Shown: positions 12,099 to 24,812, numbered from the stretch's first letter. The stretch: DNA of 64,000 nucleotides from Eledone cirrhosa (GCA_964016885.1 OZ024742.1:139934001-139998000); one strand, 5' to 3'. Notes: generated from the sequence alone by a model not told the origin. Numbers and translations are program-made.

Positions 12099-12399
12099 AA
12101 TATTAATAAGTAGGAACGAGGTGTCAGAATATCATCATTAAGTTCATTCAGATGTGACGCGTTTCTCTATTGATCAGCTCTTGGTTCGATCTGACTTTGG
12201 AATATCTCCCATAATTAACAAATTAGTATGCGGATATTTCCCATCATTAATGAACCATGAGTTTGATGAGCTTTTGATTCCAGAGTTGAACCCGATTCAT
12301 ACAGATCAAACCTTAAGCTGATCAATAGCGAAACGTGTGTCACAACTGAATAAACTTAATGATGATACTCTGACTCCTTGTTCCCACTTATTATTAATT
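12099..12399. repeat. ~95-bp imperfect inverted repeat with ~110-bp spacer (possibly an inverted PLE pseudo-LTR)
   Basis: 12099-12193 is the imperfect reverse complement of 12302-12399 (e.g. TATCATCATTAAGTT/AACTTAATGATGATA, CTATTGATCAGCT/AGCTGATCAATAG). Confidence 0.8.
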
Positions 12400-13769
12400 A
12401 TGTGTGTGTGTATATGTATGTGTATATATAAGAGAGATATAAAAGCCATATTTCAATTCATAACTTATGAAAAGCTATGAAATAAAAAAAAATATGAGAA
12501 AGAAGTGAAAATATAAGAAAAAGAAATAAATAGAAAAAATAATTTGAAAGAGTTAGCCTTCAAAAATGAGGTCATATAGTTACAGGGGTGTCTTCCTTTC
12601 TTGATATAATGATTAGTGGGAGGGAATGAATTCCAATGTAGGTTGTTGGAGCTAAGAGAATTCACTTGAAACTATTTATTATTTAGGCTACTTTTTAGAG
12701 GCTTTAGTTATTAGACTGTGATACTGAAACAGCACCTGGAAGGAATCATATTGACCCCAATACTTTTCCCCGCTAAGTCTGGTATTTATTTCATTGATCT
12801 CTTTCATACAAAGCTAACAATGTATATATATATATATATATATATTTATTTATTATAAAAACAGATTAAAGTTTAAGCAAAGAATCGCTGATTTCATCCT
12901 TAATGGGATCTATATTATGCATCAAAATCAGGTTGTTACATAACCTATTGTGGGTGGCCAAAGAGGCAAGCATTGTTTTCTATGCAATGTCTATGTCCTT
13001 GAGCTGATTTTGATATAAATATATCATCATTGTTTAACGTCCATTTACCACGCTTGCATGGGTTACACAGGCCCTCGTGTTATTGGACAAGTTGCGCCAG
13101 GAGACTGTCAGGCTCATATGGACCTATATTTTGGTTTAGTTTCTATGGCTGGATGCCCTACTTAACATCAACTGCATTACAGTCTAGACTGCGTGCTTAT
13201 TATCGTGGCACCAAAACGACCATCTACCAGGGTAGACTGGGTGGTTTTTGTTGTGTCATCATACAGTTTCTATCTACCAAATTTCACTTACAAGACATTG
13301 GTCAATCTGAAGTTATAGTAAACATTTGTTCCAGGTGACATGTAGTGAAACTGAACCTGAAACATAGAGGTTGCAATGCAAACTCCTTTATTACACATCT
13401 TTGCTTTTGATATCAACATGACCAAAGCCAACTCTGGTTGAATTAAACCAAATCACCCATTTTAAAAGGTTCCTATTCAAATTAAATTCTCTCAATATAA
13501 TTGGATATAAGAAGTTATTGTTAAATTGAGTTACAAATGTCATTTTGATACACATGTTTATATGTATATATTGTATGTTTACTGTCTGAATTGCAAAAAT
13601 AAGTACTATGCTTGCAAAACAAAGTACTGGGGTTGATATGATTGGATAAGTCCTTTCAAGGTCTAATGATTGAAACCATTAAAAGAATAATGTTTCAAAA
13701 TGAGATCCAGAAAATTCATTTATATTTGGGTTAGGTTAATTATTATTTTTAATAAATTGTTTTTGTAGT

Positions 13770-13970
13770 GCTCGTGGCCATGATAAAATACACCCAACCC
13801 TTGCTGTAAAGTGGGAGTGTTGGTGCTATGATAAAATGCACCCAGTCCACCCTGTAAAGTGGTAATAGTGGTGCCATGATAAAATACAACCAGCTCATGC
13901 TGTAAAATGTTAGTGCTGGTGCTACAATAAACTGCGGCAAGTCCAAGTCCATGATAAAATGCACCCAGTA
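13770..13970. repeat. ~48-bp minisatellite, about 4 degenerate units
   Basis: Recurrent GCCATGATAAAATGCACCCAG..C.CTGTAAAGTGG units. Confidence 0.75.
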
Positions 13971-14101
13971 CGCAGTTAATATTTTAAAACTTTATTTCAA
14001 CATGGGTGGGTGTTCCTTCACATGTGCAGGCATGACTGTGTGGTTAAGGAGTTCACTTTACAGTAATGTGGTTCCAGGTTCAATCTTGCTGCAGAAGACC
14101 T

Positions 14102-14102
<1 letters not shown>

Positions 14103-14168
<66 letters not shown>
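14103..14168. repeat. (CT)n microsatellite
   Basis: Uninterrupted CT dinucleotide run. Confidence 0.98.
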
Positions 14169-14171
<3 letters not shown>

Positions 14172-15678
14172 ATAATATAATAGCTTGACAAAATACTAAA
14201 TCCCTTCAAGGTTGTGTCCTGAGATGGCAGTTGTCTAAATGACTGAAGCAAGTAAAAGAATAATATGTGTGCATGTGTATTATGTGTTCACAGGTGTCGA
14301 CCAAGAAGTTTGCTATGCAGCAAGTACATCATATAGCTTTAGAGTTGTTTTTTGTTCTTGTAATGATTTAAAATATTGAAAAGTAGACATAAAATAAGGG
14401 AGATAATTCAGTTGGACATTAATATCCCTGGGTATATCTGTTTGAAGATACTGTTTTTCATTCTATGCTGATATATATGTGTATTGTGGAAGTTTATGGT
14501 TTAGTGGTCAGAGTGTTAGATTAACAATCATAAGGCGGTGGGCTTGAGCAAAATATTTTATTTCATGTTGCTCTTTCTGCCAAGATTTGCACTCTGCAGT
14601 TGAAAAAGCAATGGAAACATTTCCTTGATTTGATATGATGATCAACTTAGACTTCTATGCATTTGTTTAGAAAATTTCACCTATAAGGTATTGGTCAACA
14701 TGACTGGTATGGTAATACCTATACAGTGCTGCACAGCGAGATTGATCTCAGAGCCACATATTTGCAAAGCAGACCCCTTAACCACACATCCATGCCTGTG
14801 TATAAAATGCTTCTTATCTGCCAAGATTAATCTGTGTTTCTAACATATCTGACAACCTTCTTCATGTCACCTCATGTTATTGCATGACATGCTAAAAATA
14901 TCAGCCAAATCTCCCACAAATCACATCCCATCTTAAGACTGGGAATGAGTTATAATTACCTAGACATAAAGACAGGATGGCCACAGCTGGAATGTTGTTG
15001 GTCATAAGACTACTCAATTATATCCTCTGCTTTTATATTGTCACTTCAGTCACAAACCCAGGCACTGCTGCCTATCATGCCGGAGTGGAAGATATCTAAG
15101 CATTGGGACTTGACTGGCTGTAAAATCAGGGGGGGGGGGGGTGATTACCACCCCAGGAAGGAGAGGTAGTAGATGTCATTGGCTATTCTGCAGAGGGGGG
15201 GTTACAGTAGAGATGTACTGCCCAGCCAAAGGTGTACCCTTTTCCTCATGTATTTTTTTCCCTGTATTATTTTAATTTTTTTTTAAAACCCTTTTCATTA
15301 CAATAATTCAAATGGAATACATTGCCTATGTCTTTCAATTAATTTAGAAAATAACTAAAAGTTTGGCAGGATTTAATCATATAACTAAGTTTTTCATTAA
15401 TAAGCTGATACCTAGAACATTACTTAGCAAAAAATTCTAAATTATGATGGAAGATTTTTAACATAAAGATAAACATTTTAAAATTACTAGTTTGGTACCA
15501 TAAACCCAGTTTAACTTTAGGCAATTTATCAAAAAGGTTAATACTTTCATCATTGTATACTTCTGTTAAGTTATAATGTTTTCTCTTCAATTCACACTTA
15601 GTAAATAGTAACTAACTACCACATATTTCTGTTACTATAGGGTATAATAAAATAGCAAAAGGATATGCTACATTTAAT

Positions 15679-15895
15679 TGTTTCTTATATAGGCACAAGG
15701 CCAGCAATTTTGGGAGAGGGGAAAGTCGATTAAATCGACCCCAGTGCGTGACTGGTACTTTATTTTATCGACCCCGTAAGGATGAAAGGCAAAGTTAACC
15801 TTGGCGGGATTTGAACTCAGATCATAAAGGACCGTAACTCAATGCTACAAAGCATGGCGTCCGGCCCTCTACTGATACTGCCAATCCACCGCCCT
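15679..15895 (-). mobile_element. tRNA-derived SINE (family 2) with 16-bp TSD
   Basis: Head GGCGGTGGATTGGCAG, B-box GAGTTCAAATCC, central GCCTTTCATCCTTACGGGGTCGATAAAATAAAGTACC; TSD ATATGCTACATTTAAT at 15663-15678 and 15896-15911. Confidence 0.85.
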
Positions 15896-16785
15896 ATATG
15901 CTACATTTAATAACAATATTGGTAGCAGGTCAATTGTGTGGGCGGTTAGATAGTAGATAAAAGGTTTTATTTACTACTACTAGAAGAAATTTGAGGATGG
16001 TAAGAGTGTATAAGACATTTGAGTAGTATACAAATAGAGAGATAAATGTGAGGGGGGAGAGTGAGAGTTAAGGTCTGTATTCTCCTTCCTGTGTAAGAGT
16101 TTTTATATCATGTGTATGTGTATGCATGCTTTCATATACACACCTATTATGCTTAATGTTATCTTAGTGCTACTACCAATTATAACCAGCCAAATTCGCA
16201 CTATATGCAAATGAGCACTTCCAGTTGATAATTTTTATTTGTTATATGCAAATTAACTTCTCTTTGATAGCAAGGTTCTCATGTTTATTGTATGTAAACA
16301 TGTACACCCCTATTATGCTTAATACTATTTTAATGCTACTGCCAGTATGTGTGGGTGTCTGTCTTTCTTAATGTCCTATAACTGTGCAGTTTGAGAAAAA
16401 TAAGTACCAGAATTTAAAAAAATAGCTACTGGGGTGGATATGATCAACTACACATTTTCAAGGCAGTGCTTCAGTATTGTCATAGTCTAATTAATGACTT
16501 AAGCCAGTAAAAAAATAGTATGTCAAGGACATGATGACCTCTCTAGTGTTGGTGATCTACACAATAAATGCACCCAATACACTGTAGGGCATCCAACCAT
16601 AGAAAACCTGTCAAACAAAGGTCCAGAAGGACTAAAACACATGGCATCCTCCCTCAGAAGAGCAAAGAAATGGATACAGTAAGCAAGATGCTTGTCTCCG
16701 ACCCATCTGTGAGGACAGTAGTCTGATTAAGTACTGACTTGATTTGTGTCGACCTGTCCATCCCTTGCTAGCAGGGAAAATAGTC

Positions 16786-17010
16786 ATTGGCAGTATCGGT
16801 AGAGGGTCGGGTGCTATGCTTTGCAGCATAGAGTTACGGCCCTTTATGGCCTGAGTTCAAATCCCGCCGAGGTTAACTTTGCCTTTCATCCTTACGGGGG
16901 CCGATAAAATAAAGTACCAGTCACGCACTGGGGTTGATTTAATCGACTTTCCCCTCCCCCAAAATTGCTAGCCTTGTGCCTATATAAAAAACCATTATTA
17001 TTATTATTAT
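16786..17010 (+). mobile_element. tRNA-derived SINE (family 2)
   Basis: Same B-box and central block as 15679-15895, opposite orientation, (ATT)n tail. Confidence 0.8.
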
Positions 17011-19429
17011 AGAGGTTGTCATGTCCTTGACATAACTGAGACCTTGAGACCCTTTTTGTCACAACCTTTTTGACTGGCTGCCCTTCCCACACCAACCACT
17101 TTACAGATTGTACTGGAAGCATTTATCATGTCACCAACACTAAAACTGAAAAATTCCTCTTGACTCTTTTTATTTTTAGTTTTCTACTCATTAAATTAAC
17201 TGGGTGTTTCATTTTGATATATTTAGTAATTATGATTAGATAGAATGTATTTTGGTATTTGTTCCAGCTCCCTCTGCTCTAAGGTCAAATCCCGGCATGG
17301 TCAACTTGGCTTTTCATCCTTTCAAAATCTATAAAGTACTAGTTCAGTACTTGGGGGTCAGTTTTTCTCTCTCTTTCATCAGTGTGTATTTGGTATGTTT
17401 TATCATGGCACCAGCACTACCTACCACTTCACGGAGTGAACTAAATGCGTTTTTATTGTAGTCATAACACTAACACTTACATTATTATATTTATAATGAA
17501 AGACACTGCATATGATACTCAAATAATGTTGAGAATAATCAAGAATTTGAGGGATCTATTAATATAACTAACATTCTCATTATTAAGCTGGTGTTTGGGA
17601 TATTTACATTACTCTATATTTTCATGGTAAAGGCTTTATTCCTCATAATATCGAATCTATGAGATTTTGGTATTATTTATTTTGAGAACATTACCTTAAC
17701 ATCAGTATGAGCGGCCGGTTTGAACAGAAAGAGTTGAGAGAATTCTGGCCGGATATGGCCAGTTTAAATGCTAAAAGGTTAACAAAGGTTCTTAGACAAA
17801 TTTAAATAGTTTTGTATCATTGAACCAGAGTGAGTTGTTATCAAAAGGATTAAATAAGGCTATGGCGTGAGTGGAGGAAAATTTGGCTGCTATTTCTAGC
17901 ACGTTGATTGACTGTGTGATAGTTAAATATTGGAACAACTAATAGAGAAGTTGGCAGTCCATGCATTAAGTTTCCATCCACCAAATATTACCAACAAGAC
18001 ATTGCTCAGCCTGAGGTTACAGTAGAAAAAATGGGATTGAATCTTAAACCACATGATTCTGAAGCAAACTCTTTAACCAAAGAGCTGTGTAAACTCAATA
18101 GATATTTGAGATTTACAAATGATTAGTTTCTTTAACCATTTCATTGTCATGTTTCTCATGAAATAACCTGTATTTGAATTAGCTATTAAAGAATTCTTGG
18201 ATTTACTAGTTATTTCATTAAGAAACTCTATCTTGTTTTTTGTTTCTCAACTGTAAGCAGTACAAGATACTTCCTCTAGACTGTCATGGCTTACTAGCTC
18301 TATATGGACGTTTAAATAAAATAAATATAACATCATCATAGGTCAGAGGTGGGAACCTTTTCATGTTGAAAGCTGCATTAAGCTACTTGTAATATAATAA
18401 GGCCGCATTTAAAAAAAACATTATTTATTCTTAAAATTTTGATAATCAATGGTATATTAAATCCCCACAGGTTCTCACCGACCAGCCTTGAGCGATAATG
18501 GCTCCAATCAAGTGGAAATCCAATGTACATTCTAGAATCACATAAGAACTAAAACACGAACTTGTTATATTCTGGCTGTTGTCAGTATGGATTATTTCGT
18601 TGAATTTTCTTTTACTCTTTGGTATTTAAAATGCATTCATCTTATGGTTTAAATTAATATAATAAGAGATAGCCAAAAACATATTAATAAATATTTTAAA
18701 TTTGTTGGAAATTTGTTATTCTTTCAGAAGGCCACAGGTTCCCCATCTTTGGTGTAGATAGTAGCTGGCAATAGGAGGGATATCACCATATCCTAGGTCT
18801 ATGATATAGGTAGAGACAGGTATCATGATGGATATTATTGTTACCCTAGGCTTATGCTGTAGATAGTAGGAGGGTAGCACCAACACCATCATCATTGTCA
18901 TTGTCATTGTCTATGATGTAGGTAGAGGCGGGTAGTAGGAGGGATATTATTGTCATAGGTCTATGATAATAGGTAGTAGGAGGGATAGTGCCATCATCAT
19001 CATTGTCATAGATATATTTTTCCAAGCTGCCATGGGTTAGTCAACTCTCACATACTCTCATGTACCTTAACCTCACCACTTTCGTTTACACATTCTCTCT
19101 ACCTTCTCTCATATGCCTGCCACCTACCATATCTTAACAACCACCCCATAACACACTCCCCACCTCTCACAATCAGGCTCCTGTTATTTATTTGTTATAT
19201 TTCAACATCTAAATCCCTTTTTTACCTCCTCCCTCATCTAATCATTCTTTTTTTAAATCTCTTTTAATACCAACTTCCTGTAATTATATATATTTGATAA
19301 AAAGAGGATAACAAGTACATTGGATTTTCTCCATTGTTATTGAGAATGCTATTTACCTCAGAATAGATTCTTTTTCTCCTTTTTATATGATACATCAGTA
19401 ACACAATACCTACGCCATGGACAATATAG

Positions 19430-19710
19430 CAAAAGCATTACTACAGAGAACAGCCATGCATCCTGATTTGGTAAAGGAAAAATGGCAATCATGAGATCCT
19501 AGCAATCCAGATGTCTCAATAGCAACTGGCACAAAAAGCAATTGGTCTGATAATGCTTGGGATTTGGGCATTTTACAATGCTGTGCATTGGGCTTGTGGT
19601 CAAAGTGATGAGATTGGCACCTGAGGAAGTGTCTCAGATAAGCGAGCTACTCTTTTCCACAGTCAGCGTCACAACAGGTTCCAGTTGTGACAAGGAAACC
19701 AACTGCATTA
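19430..19710 (-). mobile_element. Ancient non-LTR retrotransposon relic, restriction-like endonuclease (RLE) C-terminus (CRE/R2-group-like)
   Basis: Minus-strand translation gives WKR.../SLI*DT and KSQALSDQLLFVPVAIETSGLLG, resembling the K..KY..L....FVP.A.ET.G..G RLE motif; heavily decayed. Confidence 0.55.
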
Positions 19711-20398
19711 TGGCTCTTTTGATACCAAAACCACTTAAAACTGTTCCTAATTCTATGATGCAAAACTGTTTTAAAGTGTTTATATTTATCTAAAATCCGT
19801 CCATCATAAATTGGATGTAAGAAACTTAAAGTTAGGCTCCAAATACCAGCTTAATAAAGAGGAATTTAGGTGCATTACTAAAATCTTGAAAATTCTTGGT
19901 TACTTTTTGAATTGATTTGTGTTTTTTTAAGAAATATGGTAACAAAAGAGTTAATGATGTCATTCAGAGCAGTGTAGTGAGGAAAATGTCCTGCACTGCT
20001 CAGAACTATACTTTGCTACATTTGGTGCCAATAGAAATAGATTAAGTTGCTCTAGAATGTTTACCTTCATTTGTTTGATTTATGTTGCATCCTTCCTTCT
20101 CTCAGGTGACCTTTTTTAAGGCTTTCTCTGCTGTCCAAGGCTATCATGGGAACAGGATGCATATTGGGTGATAATATTTAGCCCCCCCCCCCCCCTCTCT
20201 CTCTATTCCAATTTTATTTTATCTTCCCTTTCTATATTTCCCTTTATTTTTCTTTTCTTTATTTCTATTAATGGATATGCGTATTCATATGTAAGCCTTT
20301 TGATCTCTGCTCTGAACCATGGATCAGCAACTTTTTGTAATTTCTGATTTTTAATATTTTTTGTCTTGTATATTATACCATATCTTACATAAACAAAT

Positions 20399-23065
20399 TT
20401 AAATAAGTTTGAGATTCACAGAGAACATCTCAATGGTCCACATGTTGCGAACCTCTACTCTAAAAATTGGTGTCGCTCCTGACTGTTTTTAAATGGAATC
20501 TGCACCAAAGATACCAATTAATTTGATTTGTTGAATATTTTTTAATGAATTTAATAAGGAACTTTGTCTTCATCATCATCATCATCGTTTAACGTCCATC
20601 TTCCACGCTTGCATGGGTTTGGACGGGAGTTTTCCCACTTGAGGCAAGATTGGTTGTCTTGCTCGTATAGGACTGTCTGGCGGGTTTTCTATGGCTGGAT
20701 GCCCTTCCTAACACCAATCACATTTACAGTGTGGACTGGGAGGTTTTTACCATGTTACCTACATGGCCACATTACAGCGTAGACTGTGTGTTTTTTTGTC
20801 GTGACACCTACATGACCTCATTTGTTTTGGACTGGATGTTGTGGTACCAACATAACTTCACATTGAAGGGGGTAGTGGGACAGGGGTGTTTTTTTGTTAG
20901 AGGTGCCTACTGACTGTAGGTCTCGCTTTGTACTTAGGCAAGGCGGGTCTTCTGTATTACTGTGTAGCGCCAAAGATCTTGGTCCAGTGACATTGTCTTG
21001 GAGAGGTGTAAGTGTGTGAGGTCGGAATTTATCAAGTCGTCCCAGGTTTTTCTCGGTCTGCCTACTCTGTGGCTAACGTCTATTTTTATCGCCCTGCACT
21101 TTTTTATACAGCTGTCGTCTTTCATGCGCATCACGTGACCGTACCAACGTAGTCTTCTCTCGAGTAAACATCTGATCCCTCTTATTCCTAATTTCTCCCT
21201 TAGTTCGTTTATACTTTGCCGTTCACGTATATTACTATTACACATCCAGCGGAGCATGCAAGCTTCGTTCCTCTCCAGTCTGCGTATATCCTCTGCACAC
21301 AATGCCCAGGTCTCACGGCCATGTAACATTGCTGTTCGTATGCAGGCATCATACAGCCTGCCTTCATTTTTAGAGAGAACCCTTTAGCGGCCAATAGTGG
21401 TATAAGCTCTGTGAACTTTTTCCATCCCGTTCTGACTCTAGCTACTGTACTTTCAGAGCACCCTCCCCCACTGCTGATTTTGTCACCCAGGTAACGGAAG
21501 GTGTCCACTATTTCTATAGAACGATCTGTGCAATGGAATGAGCTAGTATTTTGTGGGCACTTGCTGCTACTTATTGCACCAGAGCATCGGCCAAATATAA
21601 AATCTATATTCTTAGTTAGCTTACCTGTGATCCCACTACACCTTTTATGCACCCATACTTTGCATTTGGGACATAAAATGGAGTTTCTGCCTACTCCTTT
21701 CCTACACACTGAGCATGGCTATTTCCCAGATGGGACCGGTGCCCTATTTTCCTTCCTACAAACCAGAACTTTAGTCTTAGACAAGTTAACTTTAAGGCCT
21801 TTTGATTCTAGGCCATGCTTCCATGTTTCGAATTTCTTCTCTAGTTCAGTCATTGATTCAGCTATGAGCGTTAGATCATCTGCGTATAGGAGTTCCCATG
21901 GGCAGCCGGTCTTGAACTCCTCTGTTATAGCCTGAAGGGTAATAATAAATAGTAGGGGGCTAAGAACGGAGCCCTGATGAACACTAAACTCTTCACTATA
22001 TTCGTTGTTAATTCTAACCTTGCTGACTGTTTCTTTATACATGGCTTGTATAGCTCTCACAAGCCATTCATCAACACCTAGTTTTCTAAGAGCCCACCAG
22101 ATAATGGAGTGGGGGACTCTGTCAAAGGCTTTCTCCAAGTCAACAAAAGCTAAGTATAGGGTTTACTTTTAGCTAGGTACTTCTCCTGTAGTTGTCATAC
22201 AAGGAAAAGAGCGTCTGTGGTACCTGACACAAACCCGAACTGCATTTCATCTAGATTAATTCGCTCTCTGATTAGTTGCGCTATTACTTTTTCTGTGACC
22301 TTCATGACCTGGTCGATTCATTTAATGCCTCTATAGTTACCCCCTATCTAGGGCATCTCCTTTAACCTTGTAGCAGTTAATGATGATGCTGCTACGCCAG
22401 TCCTTCGGAACGGCCCCATTCTGTATGACTTGGTTTACTATCCGGGTGACCATAGTGTGTCCCACCGTTCCAGATGCTATCATCATTTCAGCAACTATTT
22501 CCGAAAGCCCAGCCGCCTTACTCGTCTTCATATCTTTGATTGCTTTACTTATTATACTACCTTCAACTAGCACTGCTGGTCCCTCTATTTGATCGATGTG
22601 GGGGAGACTGTCTTTCTCCCATTTATTCTCCTCATTTAGTAGCCTTTCGTAGTGACACTTCCAAGCTACCTTCTTATCAGCGTCAGTGATGGCAAGTTCA
22701 CCATCATCATTAAGGACACACTTCTCCCCGACAATATCACGGTTTTCCTTGATACATTGCCTAGCAATCCTGCACACCTCACGTTTTTGGTCCTCGCGTT
22801 GTAGAACATGCTTGAACTTTCTTTCCTCTGCTTCCCTTCTTGCGAAGTACACTTGTCTCCTAGCTTCCCTCCTGGCCACTTGATAGGGTTTACTTTTAGC
22901 TAGGTACTTCTCCTGTAGTTGTCATACAAAGAAAAGAGCGTCTGTGGTACCTGACACAAACCCGAACTGCATTTCATCTAGATTAATTCGCTCTCTTAAT
23001 TCGCCATACTTTCCTTCATTGTTGACAAAAACAGCTTTTACGCGAAGAGTGGTTATAGTTATCAT
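20399..23065 (-). pseudogene. Putative PB1-domain-like ORF remnant (SQSTM1/p62-like N-terminus) split by RTE copy A2
   Basis: Joining 23065-22994 to 20566-20399 across a 4-bp TCTT duplication gives MITITTLRVKAVFVNNEGKYGELRQSSLLNSLKNIQQIKLIGIFGADSI*KQSGATPIFRVEVR...; similarity judged by eye only. Confidence 0.3.
20571..22993 (-). mobile_element. RTE-clade LINE family A, copy A2 (5'-truncated, inactivated)
   Basis: ORFs 22337-22879, 21719-22138, 21209-21709, 20934-21329 carry RT/PHD motifs; 3' UTR like A1 with (GAT)n tail at 20571; extra 114-bp internal duplicate at the 5' junction. Confidence 0.95.
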
Positions 23066-23621
23066 TGAGCAATGAGTTTCTTAACAATTAGCGTTTCTCC
23101 TCCCTAAAAAATTATCGTCTGCTCAGAGAAGGTGGGTAACGAGAATAGGCCGGTCGGTCGGTTGTTTTTGGGTAGTTCCGGTTTAAATGTTGAGTGGTTG
23201 GTGTGTGTGAGTGCTCGAGAGAAAGAGAGAGGATGATATTCACATTAATAGTATGAAAAGCAAGCAGGAAGAAAGGGGGAAATGAATGTGAAAAATAGAG
23301 AAAGAGAAATAGAGAGAGAGACACAGTTTGAAGTGACAATTAATCTCGCCCCGCTAGTTTTAGCAGGTCAAGTGTCAAAAGTATATTAACAATGTTATCT
23401 CCCACTAAACACTATTATAACATTCTGCCTTTTTTGACTTGAGAACACTCCCACTTTCTTACTTCGTGATACATAAGTGAAGGACATTGTTTAAGTAGGA
23501 GAGATAGAAATGACTGCCATTTAAGCTTTTTAGTCGTTTATTTCCTTATTTATTTAAACCAGATTGGTTATAAACCATCAAGTCTGCTTATTTTTATGGA
23601 TCCTTTCAGAAATTCCTTTGG

Positions 23622-23624
<3 letters not shown>

Positions 23625-23657
<33 letters not shown>
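23625..23657. repeat. Poly(A) tract
   Basis: Run of about 33 A. Confidence 0.9.
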
Positions 23658-23659
<2 letters not shown>

Positions 23660-24778
23660 ATCGAAATTTAAAATCATCCATATTCAAACAACTCGAACTA
23701 ACTGAAAATTTTCCCTTCATCCTTCCTGGGTCGATATAAAATGCCAGTCATGTACTTAGTCAGTTTAATCGACTAACCCCTTCAAATTACTGGCTTTGTT
23801 CCTAAATTAGTGACCAAATATCATCATTGTAAATAAGAGTGAAAGTAGTGGTAGTTGTATATGGCTTGTGCGAGAACGCTCTCTAGTGTGCTGTACTCTA
23901 GGCTGACCCCCAAGAGAAATTTTGCAAAGCGGTACAAGAACACTTTGGGACCCGAAGCAGGCAACGATTTTTCTCAAAATGGATGCTACATGGTTGCTGT
24001 GAGGCTTTCTTAGCTCTTAGGCCCCAGAACAAAGTATGCCCCCCCCCCCCCCCCCCCCACATAGGCCCTGACCCCCTGACCCTAGATGCAAGCCGCCTTG
24101 TAATCCCGGTGGGCAGAATGGAGAATGTCCAAGTAGACACGTTGAAATAGCAATTCCAACTCAAGGTATTCGCTTCTGCAGGTGTCTCCCCCTCCACCAA
24201 CCTGATCAAGAAAGCCAGTGATCAAATATATTCCTATCTTTATCTTTGAAACGTTTTAGTTAACAAGGGAAGCTACCTTGTTATGATAATTATCTCCCTT
24301 GGAATAATATCAGCAGTGATAAACTGGTTGAATGCTTACTGTCAGGTCAGGGATGTTAAAAAGACAGTGTAGGGAGAATTATTTAGGTCAGTTTATATAG
24401 GGGGTTATCGTGGTGCTTGTGTTCTGTGTTCTTCTCTAAGAACTTTATTTAAGGGTCACCAAAGGGACAGGAAGAGACCCAGTTCCACTTTGACAAGATT
24501 AATGTTTTTTGCCTCCATGTACTGGTTACTTTATACACCATGTATTCAACTAACATTCACATTTTAAGAGTGTGCCTTACAGCACTAAAAGAATAGGATA
24601 CTCAGCTATAATAATTTGTGTGTGTGTGTGTGTGTGTGTGTGCGCACGCAAAAAGGAAAACAAATAGACACAGTACAATGAAGAAATATATTATTAGTTT
24701 TATGCTTGATATAGTAGGAAAAGTGTTTTAACGATTCGGATGCAAGTCCTTCATCAGAAAATAGAATGAGAAATTAAA

Positions 24779-24812
<34 letters not shown>

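Noticed and set aside
13770-13970. CRISPR-like array (also 29769-30075 and 18760-19010)
   Set aside because: Degenerate tandem units without unique spacers, eukaryotic context, no cas genes.
23625-23657. Poly(A) tail of the PB1-like copy
   Set aside because: Wrong strand and wrong side for a minus-strand retrocopy; no associated TSD.
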